Source: Tubulanus polymorphus (taxonomy: Eukaryota > Animalia > Nemertea). From it: a stretch of 64,000 nt of DNA. Positions 13,302-27,300 of this stretch are shown piece after piece. Each line of letters begins with the position of its first letter. Position 1 is the stretch's first letter. Under the pieces are notes generated by a model. The model made no database searches. It was given only the letters and a program-made list of their open reading frames with translations, and was not told where the DNA came from. Location of the stretch: contig NC_134031.1 in the NCBI RefSeq assembly GCF_964204645.1, positions 12,092,088 to 12,156,087 of the forward strand, read 5' to 3'. Both the position numbers and the translations under genes were made by a program.

Positions 13302-15672
13302 TCTCAAGCTATAGCTTCAGTCTTAGAACTGTTCTTTTGCTTTTGCTTGTGCTTTCTTTTCTCAAGTCATTCTTTCAGTTAATTAGAAACAATTGTGAAA
13401 ACATTTGTGATTTTTAGCCCACTTGTGACTTAACTCCAAGCGGCTATTGCGTTCACTTTTCGTCTGTCGTCCATCCGTTCGTTCGTCTGTCCATAGACGC
13501 AATCCAGTTATTTTGGGTAGTTTTAAAGACGCATCAATGAAATGTCTTTCTATTTGTTTTATAAATGTATCTACCCTAGACACATCTCCAGCTCAAAAAC
13601 TGGCCTGGTCAGAATCAAGATAACCATTGTCTATAGTTTCAGAAGAGTATCCAGTTAAATTATAGCTGCAAAGCAGCGATAATGGGTTTTCTGCGAATCC
13701 GCACAATGCTATTCAGGAGAAAGGAATTATCAAAACTTTAAATGCTGATACATACAATATAATGTATCGACAGATTTGAACCTAATATGCAACCACTGTG
13801 TACACGTCTTATGTGATTCAGCTTTGAAACCGAACTTACGTAGTCGTTAAATAAATAAATATGAATTGATTAGACCAAGCATTTAGTTTGTATCACCACG
13901 CTTTAAAAATGGATCTGTGCTATTGAGAAACTCATCTTAAGAATCTGCCGAGTCAGTAGGTGTTGAATACATTAACTGATATAAGAACGTGTTAGGATTT
14001 GGAATAGATTTCAAGGAATTAAACTTTTTATTGAAATATTTGAATGAATACATATATTGTACTGTAGATTCAATCGATAGGTTATGAATTGCTTTGGTCT
14101 GGGTATCGGGTGGTTGATTTTGGCTTTGAAGGATTACTAATTCTATACTGATAAACAATTTAAACCTGCAACACGAGCGTAAATATCAAACCTATTCCAC
14201 TAGTTACGTGTGTTTCCTAATGAACAGTCACTCCTAATTATTAGAAAAATAATGTTCATTTCATTAGGCCTATAGAAATTCATTACCTTTTTGAAAATTC
14301 TATAATGATATTTCTTCTGTCCTAATTTTCATTGCTGTCGAACCAATGATATGCTTTGTAAATATGATATGATAAAATAAGTTTGAATTTTGATTAGATT
14401 TAAATATGAGAATCAAGCATAACGTGTGTTCTTTCCACTTGTCTTACTTTCTCTCGATAAGAGTTCCAGAGTTTCAAAATCAAATCCAAAATTGGCAAAT
14501 AGGTACGTAGGCCTAAATGAAATAAACAATTAGTCACTGCAAACCTGTTCCAGTGTTATATCGATCGTGTTAATCGCTTTGCTTGAGTTGAAAGAATCAG
14601 ACCGTCTATGGTATGATGCAACATTGGTCTATGAGAGTTACCTTGGTGTTGACTGACTGCCCTTGACCATTCAACTTCATGTGTTTGACATTGGAATCAG
14701 CATTACCCATGAACGGCAAAATATTCATAGAACATGAAAACCTATATACATGTATACAGTATTCCAACTTTCACCAATGTTGAATATTTGAATGAACATT
14801 GGCTTATTTCAATATTCTAAAGCAGGAAATAATAAGCCCAATCAATAGGCCCTATTCCCATTGGTATAATACGTACAGCTGTACTATACACTAATCTGTC
14901 GAGATTGGAGAAATCGGTTTACCAAACCTACGTACAGCAAAATGTACAGGCCTACATAATGATTTCTTGTTTTCTTGTATACAAGCCTTGATCACATGAA
15001 CGTTTTGGATCTAGGTTTGACTATAAACGTCAGGTCAGCAGACAAGGCCTGAGCAAAATTTAATCACATGGCTCAATTAGCCTTTCTGCGTGCGAATACT
15101 TTACTGCATTGTTTTAATAATATCGAGTGAAAAGTTCATATACTGAATTAGATTTTAGGCTAGTCCTGACCCAATCCTATCCATGTTATAATGGCACCAG
15201 TATAGTAACATCAGTGTTGGGCCAACGAGAGGGAAAAAGTTATATTTGTACTACGTAGGCATGGTAGTTCACTCAATACTTAAAACGCTGTTGTTACCCC
15301 TACATGAATGTACAGTAATTTCCTCAGATTAACCTATATAGGCCTAAGTACGTTGACGCATGCGCATTGAAAAAAAATCCGGCGGTAGTCCAGATTTTCC
15401 CACTGAGCCACATTTATCAACTGCACAGTTGGTAAATGGAGGTCACCGTACAATCACGTACGGGTAACAACTTCGTACTTTACATGGTATCCGCTATTAT
15501 AATAAGCCTAGACAAATTAATACCGGTAGGTTTCTTAGTTCCCATATTTCTCACAACCGAACCAATTCTAACCAACCAGTATATTTTAGTCGTTGTACGC
15601 ACCAAACGGCAAAGGCCTATATAAAACTTTTTGTCAACTGTGTGTTCCGTAGTAGGCTATCAATAATCACCT

Positions 15673-16530
15673 GGGCTGCGTTTTTCAAAGCGGTGATAAG
15701 CCCTATCCCGGTGATAAATAGCTATCCCGGTGTTAAACATTTTTATCACTGGGATAGTGTGTTTTTCAAACCTGTGTTAACTTTATCACCGGGATAAAAT
15801 CAGCTATCCCAGTGATAAAGTTAACACACCTCCAATGTGGTGATAGCAACACTATCACCAGGATAAATCATCAAAATGGCTGCCATTTTTTATGATGATA
15901 TCTATCAACAATGAATTTATAGACACCCACGCCGCTATTGATATCACGAAACAGTTAAATTTGCAATCAATGATTATTCAGAAAATGAAGTGAGACAGAA
16001 GTATAGATTAAGTTCGGAAAATATCACACGAATAACAGATTTAATTGGAGAAGATATAACGTATGATACACAACGTTCCAAAGCACTTTCTGCTGAGTTA
16101 CAAGTGAAGGTTGCTCTCCGATATTACGCAACAGGTAGTTATTTGGAAGCACTGGGTGATACATTTGGTCTTGTTAAATCAACTGTTTGGAAATGTGTCC
16201 ATAGAGTATCAGAGGCGCTTGGCAGGAAAAGTAACAAATATATAGTCTGGCCGACCACAGATCAGGATAAAAATCGAATATGCCAAGGTTTCTACGATTT
16301 TGGAGGTTTTCCTAATTGTATTGGTGCAATTGATTGTACGCAGATTCGTATCAAGGGCCCGCAAGAGAATGAAAATGCATATGTCAATAGAAAAAGATTT
16401 CTTTCAATAAATACCCAGGCAGTATGTGACCATACAGGTATGTTTTGCTTCTTGTTTGTTGGTTTATTCTGTCAGTATCGAGTTTATCAGTAAATCAACT
16501 TTCTTTTAAATAGGTAAATTTATCAATGTT
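15673..16530 (+). mobile_element. PIF/Harbinger DNA transposon, 5' part only
   Basis: Starts GGGCTGCG; subterminal tatcccggtgataa repeats at 15690-15870; transposase follows. Confidence 0.8.
15990..16530 (+). pseudogene. Harbinger (HARBI1-like) DDE transposase fragment with intron 16438-16513
   Basis: Motifs ALRYYATG, FPNCIGAIDCTQIRI, YVNRK..SINTQAVCD; splicing GT(16438)..AG(16513) restores GKFINV; truncated afterwards. Confidence 0.85.
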
Positions 16531-18114
16531 CGTAAACTTGGGCTTATCGGAGCATTCCTCTTTTGGACGTATTATCAGTACATGTGCATTCAGGTATACC
16601 GTATGCAGGAATAAGGAATACCTGAAGGGACATACCAATTGCCGGTCACTCATAGTATATTTCCGCTGGTGTTTGCTGTCTGAATGTTCAAAATGGGATG
16701 GAGAGTGCTTAAATAGAATCTACGCGGAGAGAAAGTCAGTTATGTTACTATCAGAGTTCAACATTTCGTTTAGAAGCTGTTAGTAGTCGAATCTGAGAGA
16801 TGAATTTTATGTGAGGAAAAATATGTAATAATAATAATAACAATCACCAGAATTACAAGAGGGTTTTCGACGAAAGTCAGAAAATAATATAATAATAATA
16901 ATAAAGATGCAACTATCACAATCTTCATGATGATAATGAGTTTATTTACATGTTATACGTTTCGATCGATTTCGACTCATCTCTGAGTCCTTTTCAAGAA
17001 ATGACATGAAAAGATACAAACTATACATAGTATACTATTACTAATTACAGAGAATATCATGCAGGCATGAAGTGGCCTAGTTTACAAAGTACAAATGAAT
17101 ATTAAACATATCTAATATTGCCATTGTCGTTCGCCAAAATCAGAACGTTTTACATATTTACATTACACTTTACACAAGTTTTTGTGGGAAATTTTCAAGA
17201 CCCTTTGATCAATAACCTTGATCTTTCGTATATATTCTCAAGGGCCCATCAGCAAGAGAAAATTCGGGGCAATCGGACTCAAGATGGCCGCCCTGTGTCT
17301 TTTGTGCCCAAAAATATCAATTTAGGCCTGAATTCCGAGTCCTTTAGCTTCCTTCTGGTTCGCCATTTTTCATTGAAATTTGCGTTAGGTATTCTATGCG
17401 AAGGGTTTTTTGGCCCATTAGCACTCAGGAATTTCACTATGTAGTGTCATTTACTCCTCAGAAAAACCCAAAGTTCATCACGATATCGAATAGCTCATTT
17501 GCTGTTTATTTGCATGCATATTTGATAGTAAATAGTCAAGGCTTTCATATTACAGTAGACTGCGGTTGCCTCGGAGCTGACCGTCTCGGTTAATCGGTTG
17601 CCTCGGATCAAAAATGAATACCCTTTTTTTTCTGTAACACATTCTCAATTAGAATATATTGCTTGGCTCGGAGCCGACGTTCATCACGATATCGAATAGC
17701 TCATTTGCTGTTTATTTGCATGCATACTTTATAGTACTCTATAGTAGTCAAATTTTTAGGGAAATTTTGAAGACGCTGTGATCAATTACCTTGATCTTTT
17801 GTATGTATTTGAATGCCCCAAGGGCCCATCAGCCGAAGAAAAATTGGGTCAATTGGACTTGCCGTCCTATGACCTTTTTAGTGCCCAAAAATGTCAATTT
17901 TGGCCCGAATTCCGAGTCCTGTAGCTTCCTACTGGTATTCTATTTCGCATTGCAATTTGATCAGCCAATCATGACGCATTTGGCGGCCATCTTGGTGTCA
18001 TCAGTACTCATTTATAGGTTTGAAAAATGTTTTCCACATTATATTGATACCTTAGCATATTTTGTTACCACAATCAATTGGAAAGTTGTAGCTCATAATG
18101 TGTTCTATAATTTT

Positions 18115-18743
18115 CAGGGATGAGAATTCCCTGCGGATCCGCAGGAAACTGCATTTTGGTATGGAAAATATCAATTTTCCAAATAGTCCAAAAATGTAAA
18201 ACTATGGGGGGTGATCATCTCATTCAATTGGTCTGGCACGATCGGTAATCAGGTGAACCGTAAAAGCGTTCAGTGCCTGTTTTACTTGTCGTCGCGTAAA
18301 AGTATCGCATTTCAATGCATATTCATTGCAACACTGATTTTGTATCTACATTGGTACTACGATGAGTGTGTATGTATTTTATCGATCGGTTGCAGGCACG
18401 CGCGCACGGCAACTGTAGTAATGTCAGGGATGAGAATTCCCCGCGGATCCGCGGTTTCCCGCGGATTTCGGTATTGAAAAATATCAATTTTCCAAATAGT
18501 CCAAAAATGATGTAAAAGTATGGGGGGGTCGATGATCTCACTCAATTGGTCCGGCGCGATCCGTAATCAGGTGAACCGTAAAATGCGTTCAGTGCCTGTT
18601 TTTCTTATCGTCACGTAAAAGTATCGCATTTCAATGCATATTCATTGCAACACAGTGATTTTGTATCTACATTTGTACTACGATGAGTGTGTATGTATTT
18701 TGTCGATCGGTTGCAGACACGCGCTCGGCAACAGTAGTAATGT
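18115..18743 (+). repeat. Tandem duplication of a ~310-bp unit starting CAGGGATGAGAA (possible hAT-type end)
   Basis: Units start at 18115 and 18425; each has a palindromic gcggatccgc core. Confidence 0.75.
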
Positions 18744-19414
18744 ATGTAGGCCTACTTACTGTTGTCACGCGTATGTGGCGAACGCCTTCAGATATTATAA
18801 TAATGCATGTAATGCATGAGATGCTGAATGTCATCGTTTGAGGATGTACCACGTTGGAACTAGCCATTACCTTCCAAAATGTAATAGTCGTCCCTGGGTT
18901 CAAGATCGCTTTAAGTGCTTGGAAAACGCTTTTAATTTCTAAAATTAATATAAATAATAAAAAAATATGGAATCATATATAATTTGTCTATTTGTATTGG
19001 TATCAATTGCTAAATTGTAGCTCGTGACATGCTCTAAGATTTTGGTGAGTCTCAAGGTCAATAGTTTTTTCATATGATCACAAGGGGGTGCTGAATATTG
19101 AAATTGTTAGATTGTGAGCATTTGAAAAAAACTTCCCAGGTGGGCATAGGGTCCCTGCATCCCTAGTTTGGGTATATGGTCAAATCAGAATGCTGTATAT
19201 TCTCGCTAACAACTAAGTGATGAGTTTGTTTTCTTATAATGAAATCTCGCAATTGAAGGTTGAAAATTTTTGAAAAAGCTTGTAAGTCCAAGGGTTTCAG
19301 CTGTTTTCTACCTATGGTCATCTGGTAGATTGATGAAACTTGTTCATTGCTTTTCTTTTTACTGCAGAATTTGAGTACTATAGTTATTAATTAATTAGTT
19401 ATTAATAATATCTA

Positions 19415-20467
19415 TTGCGTTCACTTATCCAGTTATTTTGGGAAGTTTTGAAGACGCGTCAATGCAATGTCTTGATATTTGGGTTGCACATGTATCTACC
19501 CTTGACACATCTTCAGCCCAAAAACTGGCCCTGTCAGAATCAAGATGGCCTACTGGCAGCCATTGTTGTTCGCCAAAATCACTTTTTACACATTTTTGAA
19601 CTTTTTGAAGGAAATTTTGAAGACACTTTGATCAATTACCTCGATCTTTCATTTATATTGGAATCCCCCAAGGGCCCATCAGCATTACAAGAATTGGGTC
19701 AATCGGACTCAGGATGGCCGTCCTATGACCTTTTTAGTGGCCAAAAATATCAATTTTGGCCCGAATTCTGAGTCCTGTAGCTTCCTACTTTTTTGCCATT
19801 TCTCATTGCAATTTGTGATGGGTATTCTTTGGAAAGGGATGTTTTTATACCTGAGACCGGTATTTCTCATCAGCCAATTATGACGCAATTGGCGGCCATC
19901 TTGGTGTCATCAGTACTCATTCGAAGGTGGGGGTAAGTTTTTCCTCATTATATTGATACCTTTTATATTATATTGATAAGCAAATTTTGTTGCCACAATC
20001 AATTGAAAAGTTGTAGCTCATAACGTTTTCTATTATTTTGGTGAGTTTCAAGGTCATTGGTTTTTGTATATGGCCACCCGGGGGCGTTGAATAGTAGAAT
20101 AACTTAGTATTTCCTTATTAGATTGGTACCTAGGCATATTTTGTTACGATGATCAATTGCAAAGTTGTAGTATGACATGTTCTTTGATTGTGGTGAGTTA
20201 CAAGGTCATTGGGTTTTGTATATGGTCACCAGGGGGCATTGAATAGTAGAATAACTTAGTATTTCCATATTAAATTGGTAACGAGACATATATTGTTATC
20301 ACAATCAACTATAAAATCCGCTGCTGACATGTTCTATGATTGTGGTGAGTTTTAAGGTCATTGGTTTTGTATATGGTCACCAGGGGGCGTTGAATATTGA
20401 AGTTGTTAGATTGTTGAGCATTTGAAACCACTTCCCAAGTGGGCATGGTGTCCCTGGACCCCTAGTT
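19415..20467 (+). mobile_element. Near-complete HINE copy (5' end missing)
   Basis: Colinear with 40997-42269; ends ...cccaagtgggcatggtgtccctggacccCTAGTT; three internal ~150-bp repeats. Confidence 0.8.
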
Positions 20468-21323
20468 TAGATTTATTGCTGAAAATATATTACATATGTT
20501 AATTACTTCTGTAAGTATATACTAGTAATTACAGAGCAAAATAAATATATTCATAAACGACATCAGATTGCGCATTTACCAAGAAGGACCCATTTGTGAA
20601 GTTTTCGAGAAAGATTTTGAAGACGCATCAATCAATTATCTTGATCTTTCACATATGTTTGGATCCCACCATTGACCATCAGCATGAGGAAAATTTGGTT
20701 AATCGGTCGCAAGATGGCAATCTGGTTAACTTAAGTGCCCAAAAAGTAATTTTTGCCTTGAATTCCGAGACCTGAATTCAGTACATAAATTCAGATCTAG
20801 AATCCATGCATTATATAGTCGTAGGCTAAATGAATGTCCAAACCGTTTTCACCTATTTGATACAAGCCATTTTAATTGTGCCAAGAAAATTATTTTGAAA
20901 ACCCAGTTTTTTTATTTTGCTAAAACAACATTAAAATATGTTTCAGTTGATTAAAATATTGGCAAAAATGGAAAAATGCATTGTAAATTCAAATTTTCTT
21001 TTTAAATGAGTAGATCTGTGACACCAGATGAGGTAATAGATGAGTCTGCTGCCCAGATTACGACAGGTCCAACACCAACATATAATATTGCTGCAATGTT
21101 GGATCCCACATTTAGAAGACGCGTACAGAATCATCACCACAGTTTGGATTCAGTAGAGAGATTAAATGCAGGTAAAATTGTTAAACATCTCTGACACAGA
21201 AACTAGATATTTATCATTTACCGTGGAAACAAGTTTTTAACAACCACAATGCATTACCAGTATTGTAATAGAGTTGCGATGACATTTAATTGAATCATTT
21301 ACAGTAACGACACGATGTATGTC

Positions 21324-21365
21324 ACACCTGACGATGATCTCTAGGGTGAGATCGAAACGTCGTGT
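21324..21365 (+). ncRNA. Minimal type I hammerhead ribozyme (Penelope-like retroelement type)
   Basis: acac-CTGACGA-t-gatctc(tagggt)gagatc-GAA-acgt-C-gtgt: core boxes, 6-bp stem II, palindromic ACGT in place of stem III, GUC cleavage triplet; followed by an AT-rich tail. Confidence 0.65.
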
Positions 21366-22089
21366 CTTATATATATTTTAGATTCTTGTTTTTAAATTCT
21401 TTTAATCTGTAAATAGTGGGTTTTTATCTTATTATGTCAGAGATGTCTTGTTTCAGCAGAACTTCAGAAATTAAACCTGCATATTGTAATTTGATGATGA
21501 TTTCACTAAAGGAGCTATAGTATGGAGGGGTTGCATTGGATGTCATCAATTCAGTCCCGTTATCCACATTTCACTCTTCACAATCATAGATCATGTCATG
21601 AGCTACAATTTTGCAAATGTTTGTGGGATCAAAATATGCCAAGGTATCAATGAAATATGAAAATACTAAATCATTCAGCTATTCAACACCCCCTGTTTGT
21701 GAACGCAAAAACTGGCCTGAGGCTAGAACTGCAATATATGGAGTTTATTTTGAACTGTCTCATAGAGTTAAGAGTACAGCAGTATTTATACTGGACCTTA
21801 GGAAATGCCTGCGATAAGGCTATACAGAAATAGTGCCGGTATAAGATTATTTACAATAAAATGTACTGAAACGAACTTGAGCATGAATTGAGATTTAAAA
21901 TTAGCTAGAGGACTGTATTATGACCATTTAAATGTACAGAAATGCGACCAGGACCGCATAAAAATGTGGTTACAGTTATTCAAAGCTGGAACCGGTCTGA
22001 AAAGGACATTAGATAATGTACAGCTTGTCACAATATAATAATACACAATGGTTTATAAGACCGAACACATATGACAGTAGGATTATCTG

Positions 22090-22585
22090 TAACACTGGTG
22101 ACCATATACAAAAGCCAATGACCTCGAAACTCAAACACAATCATACGACTTGTCATAAACTACAACTTTGCAATTGATTGTGGTTACAAAATATCCAAGG
22201 TACCAATGAAAATAGGCAAATTGCTTATAATACAATATTCAACTCCCGCTGGTGGTGAGAAAAAAAACCCAAGTCCACGTAAGATCAATGCTACGACCAT
22301 GATAGAATTTATCAAATATCGAGTTTATAAGTCAAAAACCTGTCAATAATTTGCTGTGTTACCATGTGAAGATGCAAACACATACGAAACATCAAGATGA
22401 TTGATTGATCGAAGCGTTTCAAAAATGTGTAAAAAGTGCTAATTTTGACGAACAACACTGGCTGCCAGTCGGCCATCTTGATTCCAATCTTGCCAGATTT
22501 TGGGTAGAAGATGTATCTAGGGGTAGAATTATGTATAAACCAAACATCAAGACAATCCAATGAAGCGTCTTCAAAACTTCCCAAA
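22090..22585 (-). mobile_element. Rearranged, diverged HINE fragment on the minus strand
   Basis: Reverse complement of ttttgggaagttttgaagacgc...ctaccctagacacatc...caagatggccgactggcagcc. Confidence 0.65.
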
Positions 22586-23778
22586 ATAGGTGGATTTCGT
22601 CTCCGGATAGATGGACCTACAAACTGGTACTAATTTGACTGGTATTTAACTGGTACTATTCATGGTGTTCTAACAAAATGGAACTTCTGATAACATTAAT
22701 CATGTGAATGGACATTTATATGACCAAAAAATTAAGTGACTTAGAAGGTACTAATTACTAATGTCTATTTCAACCTGACTTGAGAGCATTCCGGTTGGCC
22801 TAGCTCAGTCAGTTTTGGTAGTACATACCTGATAGAATTCTTGAAATCTAGGCTAAAGACGAATTTCCCGTGCACAACCCAAATTTTTGATATTGTTTCC
22901 ATATAAAAAAAGGTGATAAATTTTGGGGTTTTTTGCCCTAAAATATTGCAAAAAAAATATTTCTACCTACCTACCGACTCGTCCTGAAAACTTGAGTCGT
23001 GTTACGGCAAACAGACAATTATTTTGGTTGCCTAAAGGAATGCTCTGAGAATCTCCATATCACAGGTTACTGTGAATAACTGGGGTTCGACCATTCAGAA
23101 GTTAAAAATGTACTTCCTCTATGTTTAAAGGATAAAAACTACTTTCACTGTCGGCAAAACCATAATATCACAAGTACTACGCTGCATTGACCAATAATGT
23201 ACATAATATTAATTAGAACTCCACTGTTTACTCAATTTGACCTCTAAACATACAGCTGGTGCTTATAGTAGTAATTGAGATCATCATCTTCCCTGAATAG
23301 AATGCAGCTATCTATATGCGAGAGCCTGGGTGAATCTACATTCTGCTAGCATTAATTACAATATCATTTGACAGATTTACTTGAAACTTATGTGACATGT
23401 GTACGTTATGCAGGTACCTTGAGGTAGGGCTAAAGGATCTTTGATTTGACACAAACACAAGCTCGTACAGTACACTACTAAAGGTGATGCTGTGCCGCAT
23501 GCACGTTTGACATGAAAATAGGCTGAATAATCGTAGCAGAAGATGAGCGCTGTGTTTTCTGTTCCATAGAATTTGTAATAGATTGTAATTTCTAATACTA
23601 AGCAGCAAACTATAAGGTCTGTCGAGGTCTGAATATTGTAGTGGTAAATTCCAGGATTTAAAACGATCTAATAGCCGATTTCTTCTGTACCTGTATTTTA
23701 GCTTCCGCGGCCAACATTGGAAGAGGTATCCAAGACCCAATATTCCACCCTCTGATATGTGACATCATATAAATTTTA

Positions 23779-24352
23779 GGCCATCCCAAAATAATGGTCT
23801 GTTTGCCGTAACCCGACCGACCTGACTTCAAAGGTACCGAGTGAAAACGTTTTCTGGGATTCATTGAAATAAAAACATTAAATTTTTGATAAAAACGGCC
23901 GACCGACCGACCCACTGCCGACGTATGAGCTACGTATGTTTGAATTCAAGTGTGCATCGTGGGAAAACATGCCTTGACATGTGGCCTAGTTTAAGTTTTC
24001 CAGGAAACTGGCAGTGTTCCAATAAGCTGCCATTCATTCTAATAGTGACTATATTAAAGCTGGTAACGTTAAGCATGCACACATTCAATGTACTGTTTCA
24101 TTTTTAACACAGAGATGACGCTCTGGAAAAAGTTATAATTTTAAAATAATTCATGAAATCTACGCTATTAGACAAATTTCCCGTGCACAACGTAGATGAT
24201 TTTTTGCGATATTGTTTCCATGTAAAAAAGCCCAAAGGTGAAAAATTTGTTGCTCAAAAATTTTTCCAAAAAAAAATTTCTACCTACCTACCGACTCATG
24301 CTGAAAAGTTCGGTCGGTGTTACGGCAAACAGACAATTATTTTGGGATGGCC
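23779..24352. mobile_element. 574-bp MITE with ~45-bp TIRs, flanked by TA
   Basis: TA|GGCCATCCCAAAATAATggtctgtttgccgtaac ... gttacggcaaacagacaATTATTTTGGGATGGCC|TA. Confidence 0.8.
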
Positions 24353-27300
24353 TAATTTGAATATTTTTTCATATTGTGAAACAAATTTTTTTGAAAATGT
24401 AAAATAGTTTCCCTGCTGCGCCTACCTGTACCCTACAAAATTTTGGACGTGGACCGTAAACAAATGTATATGTTTGGTCTTATTTGACTACAAAATAATT
24501 CTTTAAGAAAGATAAAATACAATACAAACTGGTGGAACTTTGAAGTCACGAATTAAAAAGAATTTTCAAGCAATGCCCTTATTCAAACAACCTCTAGCTT
24601 TCAAGTTAAACCACACTTTGCCCATGGGCAATTTATTTGAATGAGTTTATTGCTCGATGTTATTCCCCTAAACTTGGAACATTAGTACTTCGCGCATGTG
24701 GGTCAGCATATCCATGTCATGAGCTGACCTCTAGGTGGCGCTCCTTCAAAAAAGCGGAACGTAACGAACTGATTTCAGTGAAATTTTTTTTAATGAATCC
24801 CTGTACGAAATTCTATCCAGCAAGGCAGAAACCCGTTATCGCTGCTTTTGCAGCTATATTATTGTAGCTATTCTATTTTTTAGCGCTTAGTACATCAAGG
24901 AGCACAATTGTCACGCTTGTACTGTGTCTTTCACTATTCTGCTTGTCACATAATTATGTAATTTATTGTATGATTTATAAATTGTATGTATGTTCCTACT
25001 TGTTAGGATCAACTGTGTTGATCCTTAGAGAGTGGTTCTGAGAGTAACTTTCTGTTAGCTCTTGGTGGCACAAATTGTAACCAATGGATATACACAACTG
25101 TCATTAGAAGTGAAATAGTAGTGGAATTGATATGGTAAGTTTCGTCCATCAGCTCTAAGCCATTTGGAAGTGCTGGGAGAAAATGTGCAAAACTTCACTG
25201 AATCTCTCCCCATTCTACATGCTATCGATGCTTGACCTTGTTTCCTGACATCACAGGGAAAGCCCCTCAGAAGGGCATCACTTGGAAATCCCTCTAGAAG
25301 GGCTTTCCCAGTGACATCATAACAAGAGCTGTTCTACCATGTACTTGTGACTCAGAGGGGTAATCCATTACCATGTATATCATCAAAGTAGAACATGCTT
25401 AATACACAGTCTACAACGATTTCATCTTTATCAGCTGTTTATACGTCATTGAAAATCCATGAACAAATCGATTTTTGCTCAAAACTAAAATGTACTGAGT
25501 TGATCCTACTGGACCCATGGTCCTTTATGCTCTTGTTTTATTTTTAAGCTGCATCTAAAATATAATTCAAATAAAATTTAATTCAATTCAGTTAAATATG
25601 GTGCGAGTGAAACAGACGTATTCGATGATCGCCAGCAAGATGATGATGCTGCTCCAGCTGCTGGGGATGACGATGATGATGATGGAATGGTGGCAGTTCA
25701 AGGACAACGGAGAAAGTCTGACGGGAAGAGAGATTTAGATGGTAAACGAGGTAGCTGTAAACAACAATGAAGCAAGAAATATTAATCAATCTGGTATGAA
25801 TGTACCGGTAATGCTCTGAATGTTAATGTAGCCATCTACATTGAAATGGATACTGTAAATACATTACTGTATCGATTTTAGGCATATATGATCTTGAGTA
25901 AAGGACAAGTTTGTTCTCAGTAAACCAGAACTCTTTATCCAGGTTCAGTTAAACATTTGATATAACCCCACGTTATGTGTTATGGTTAGTTTAATCCACC
26001 ATGAAGAAAGTGGACACTGAATACTCTTGTGTGTAGATGTAGCTGTATAAGGTTTACTGAGGTTTGTGACAAATTGCTACTTATGATCCAAATTTCTGTA
26101 TAAAAGTCCAGATGGATAGCCAATTGAGGTTGGCATTTTGTCATCTATCATAAGGAAACAGGAATTGGGGATGATATGTTTAATCTTTCATGAAGCTCGA
26201 TGATTATGAGTCATTCTGGTTAGCGAGTATGAATATCGTACACAAATGTAGTAAGTACCCTGTAGTCTGTTAATTAAGAACATTTGAGGTTTTTTTTATC
26301 CTTCCGATACTCAGATTTTGGTTCTCATTGACCGGAGGAACAATGAAAAGTTTAAGTAAAGAAAATTCAATTTTTTTTAAATTCAGTTTTCTGATCCTAC
26401 TGATACTCTAAAGGAGACTACTGATTTTATGATATAAAACTACTGATGCTTAATTAGAAACTACTGACAGACAAATATTCATTAAAACTACTGATGTGAG
26501 CTTACTTTTATTGAGATAGATATGCAATACTACTGATGTTGAAATTTTCTTCAAATTCGATTTAGGGCCTTCAATTTTAAAAATGTTTCAAATCTATAGA
26601 TTTATGATTGTTTTTGTAATGATGGAAATCCTGGCAACAGTGTGACGATATTTAACGAGAGATATATAACTTATATTGATTTCTTTTCAATGTTGTAAGG
26701 AAGGTGTATATTTTGAGTCATTGGGGAAAACCCACTACCACAAGTATCCATGATAAATTGGTGAATGATTTTTTCTTCCGACCGCAAATTTACTAAATCC
26801 AGCAGGTTTGAGCATGCGCATTGGGGAACCTAACTGTGAGCAGTAGAAAAATCGCTTACCTGATAAATTATCATGCATTTGTGTGTGATTTCACGGAGAT
26901 CGTGTCAATTGACGGATTTTCATACAAATTTCTTGGTTCAAGGGGACACATGGTAGGCTTTGTTAATAACTTGGACGACGGATCTTCTTTGAATTTATCA
27001 TATCTAACTGTAAAACAAAACTGATTCCTGATATTTCCGTCTTGATATATGATCTAGTAATTTGAAAAAAATAAGTTTTCTCATCATTTGAATTCAATCC
27101 AATACAGTTTTCAATCTTTTTTTCTGCAGTCCTTCCAAGATTTTAAATAAAAAATACTCAAAGAAGGAAGCTATGATCCCTTCTTTTTTAATAGATCCGT
27201 GATCATGAAAATGAATATATTTTTATATAAGATTGTAAATTTTATTTTCCCCTTCAACCTTTTATTTATGCTGGTAAAATCAGTAGGCCTACCCCAACCA

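Noticed and set aside
13661-13695. Recurrent tatagctgcaaagcagcgataa motif (also ~24830 minus and ~63382)
   Set aside because: Most likely the terminus of another interspersed repeat; element boundaries could not be defined, so it was not called.
157-24407. Recurrent short ORFs such as RCYGKQTIILG (157, 24153) and VPKNVNFG (10142, 17118, 17791, 41293)
   Set aside because: Translations of non-coding MITE and HINE repeats; frames are not conserved between copies.
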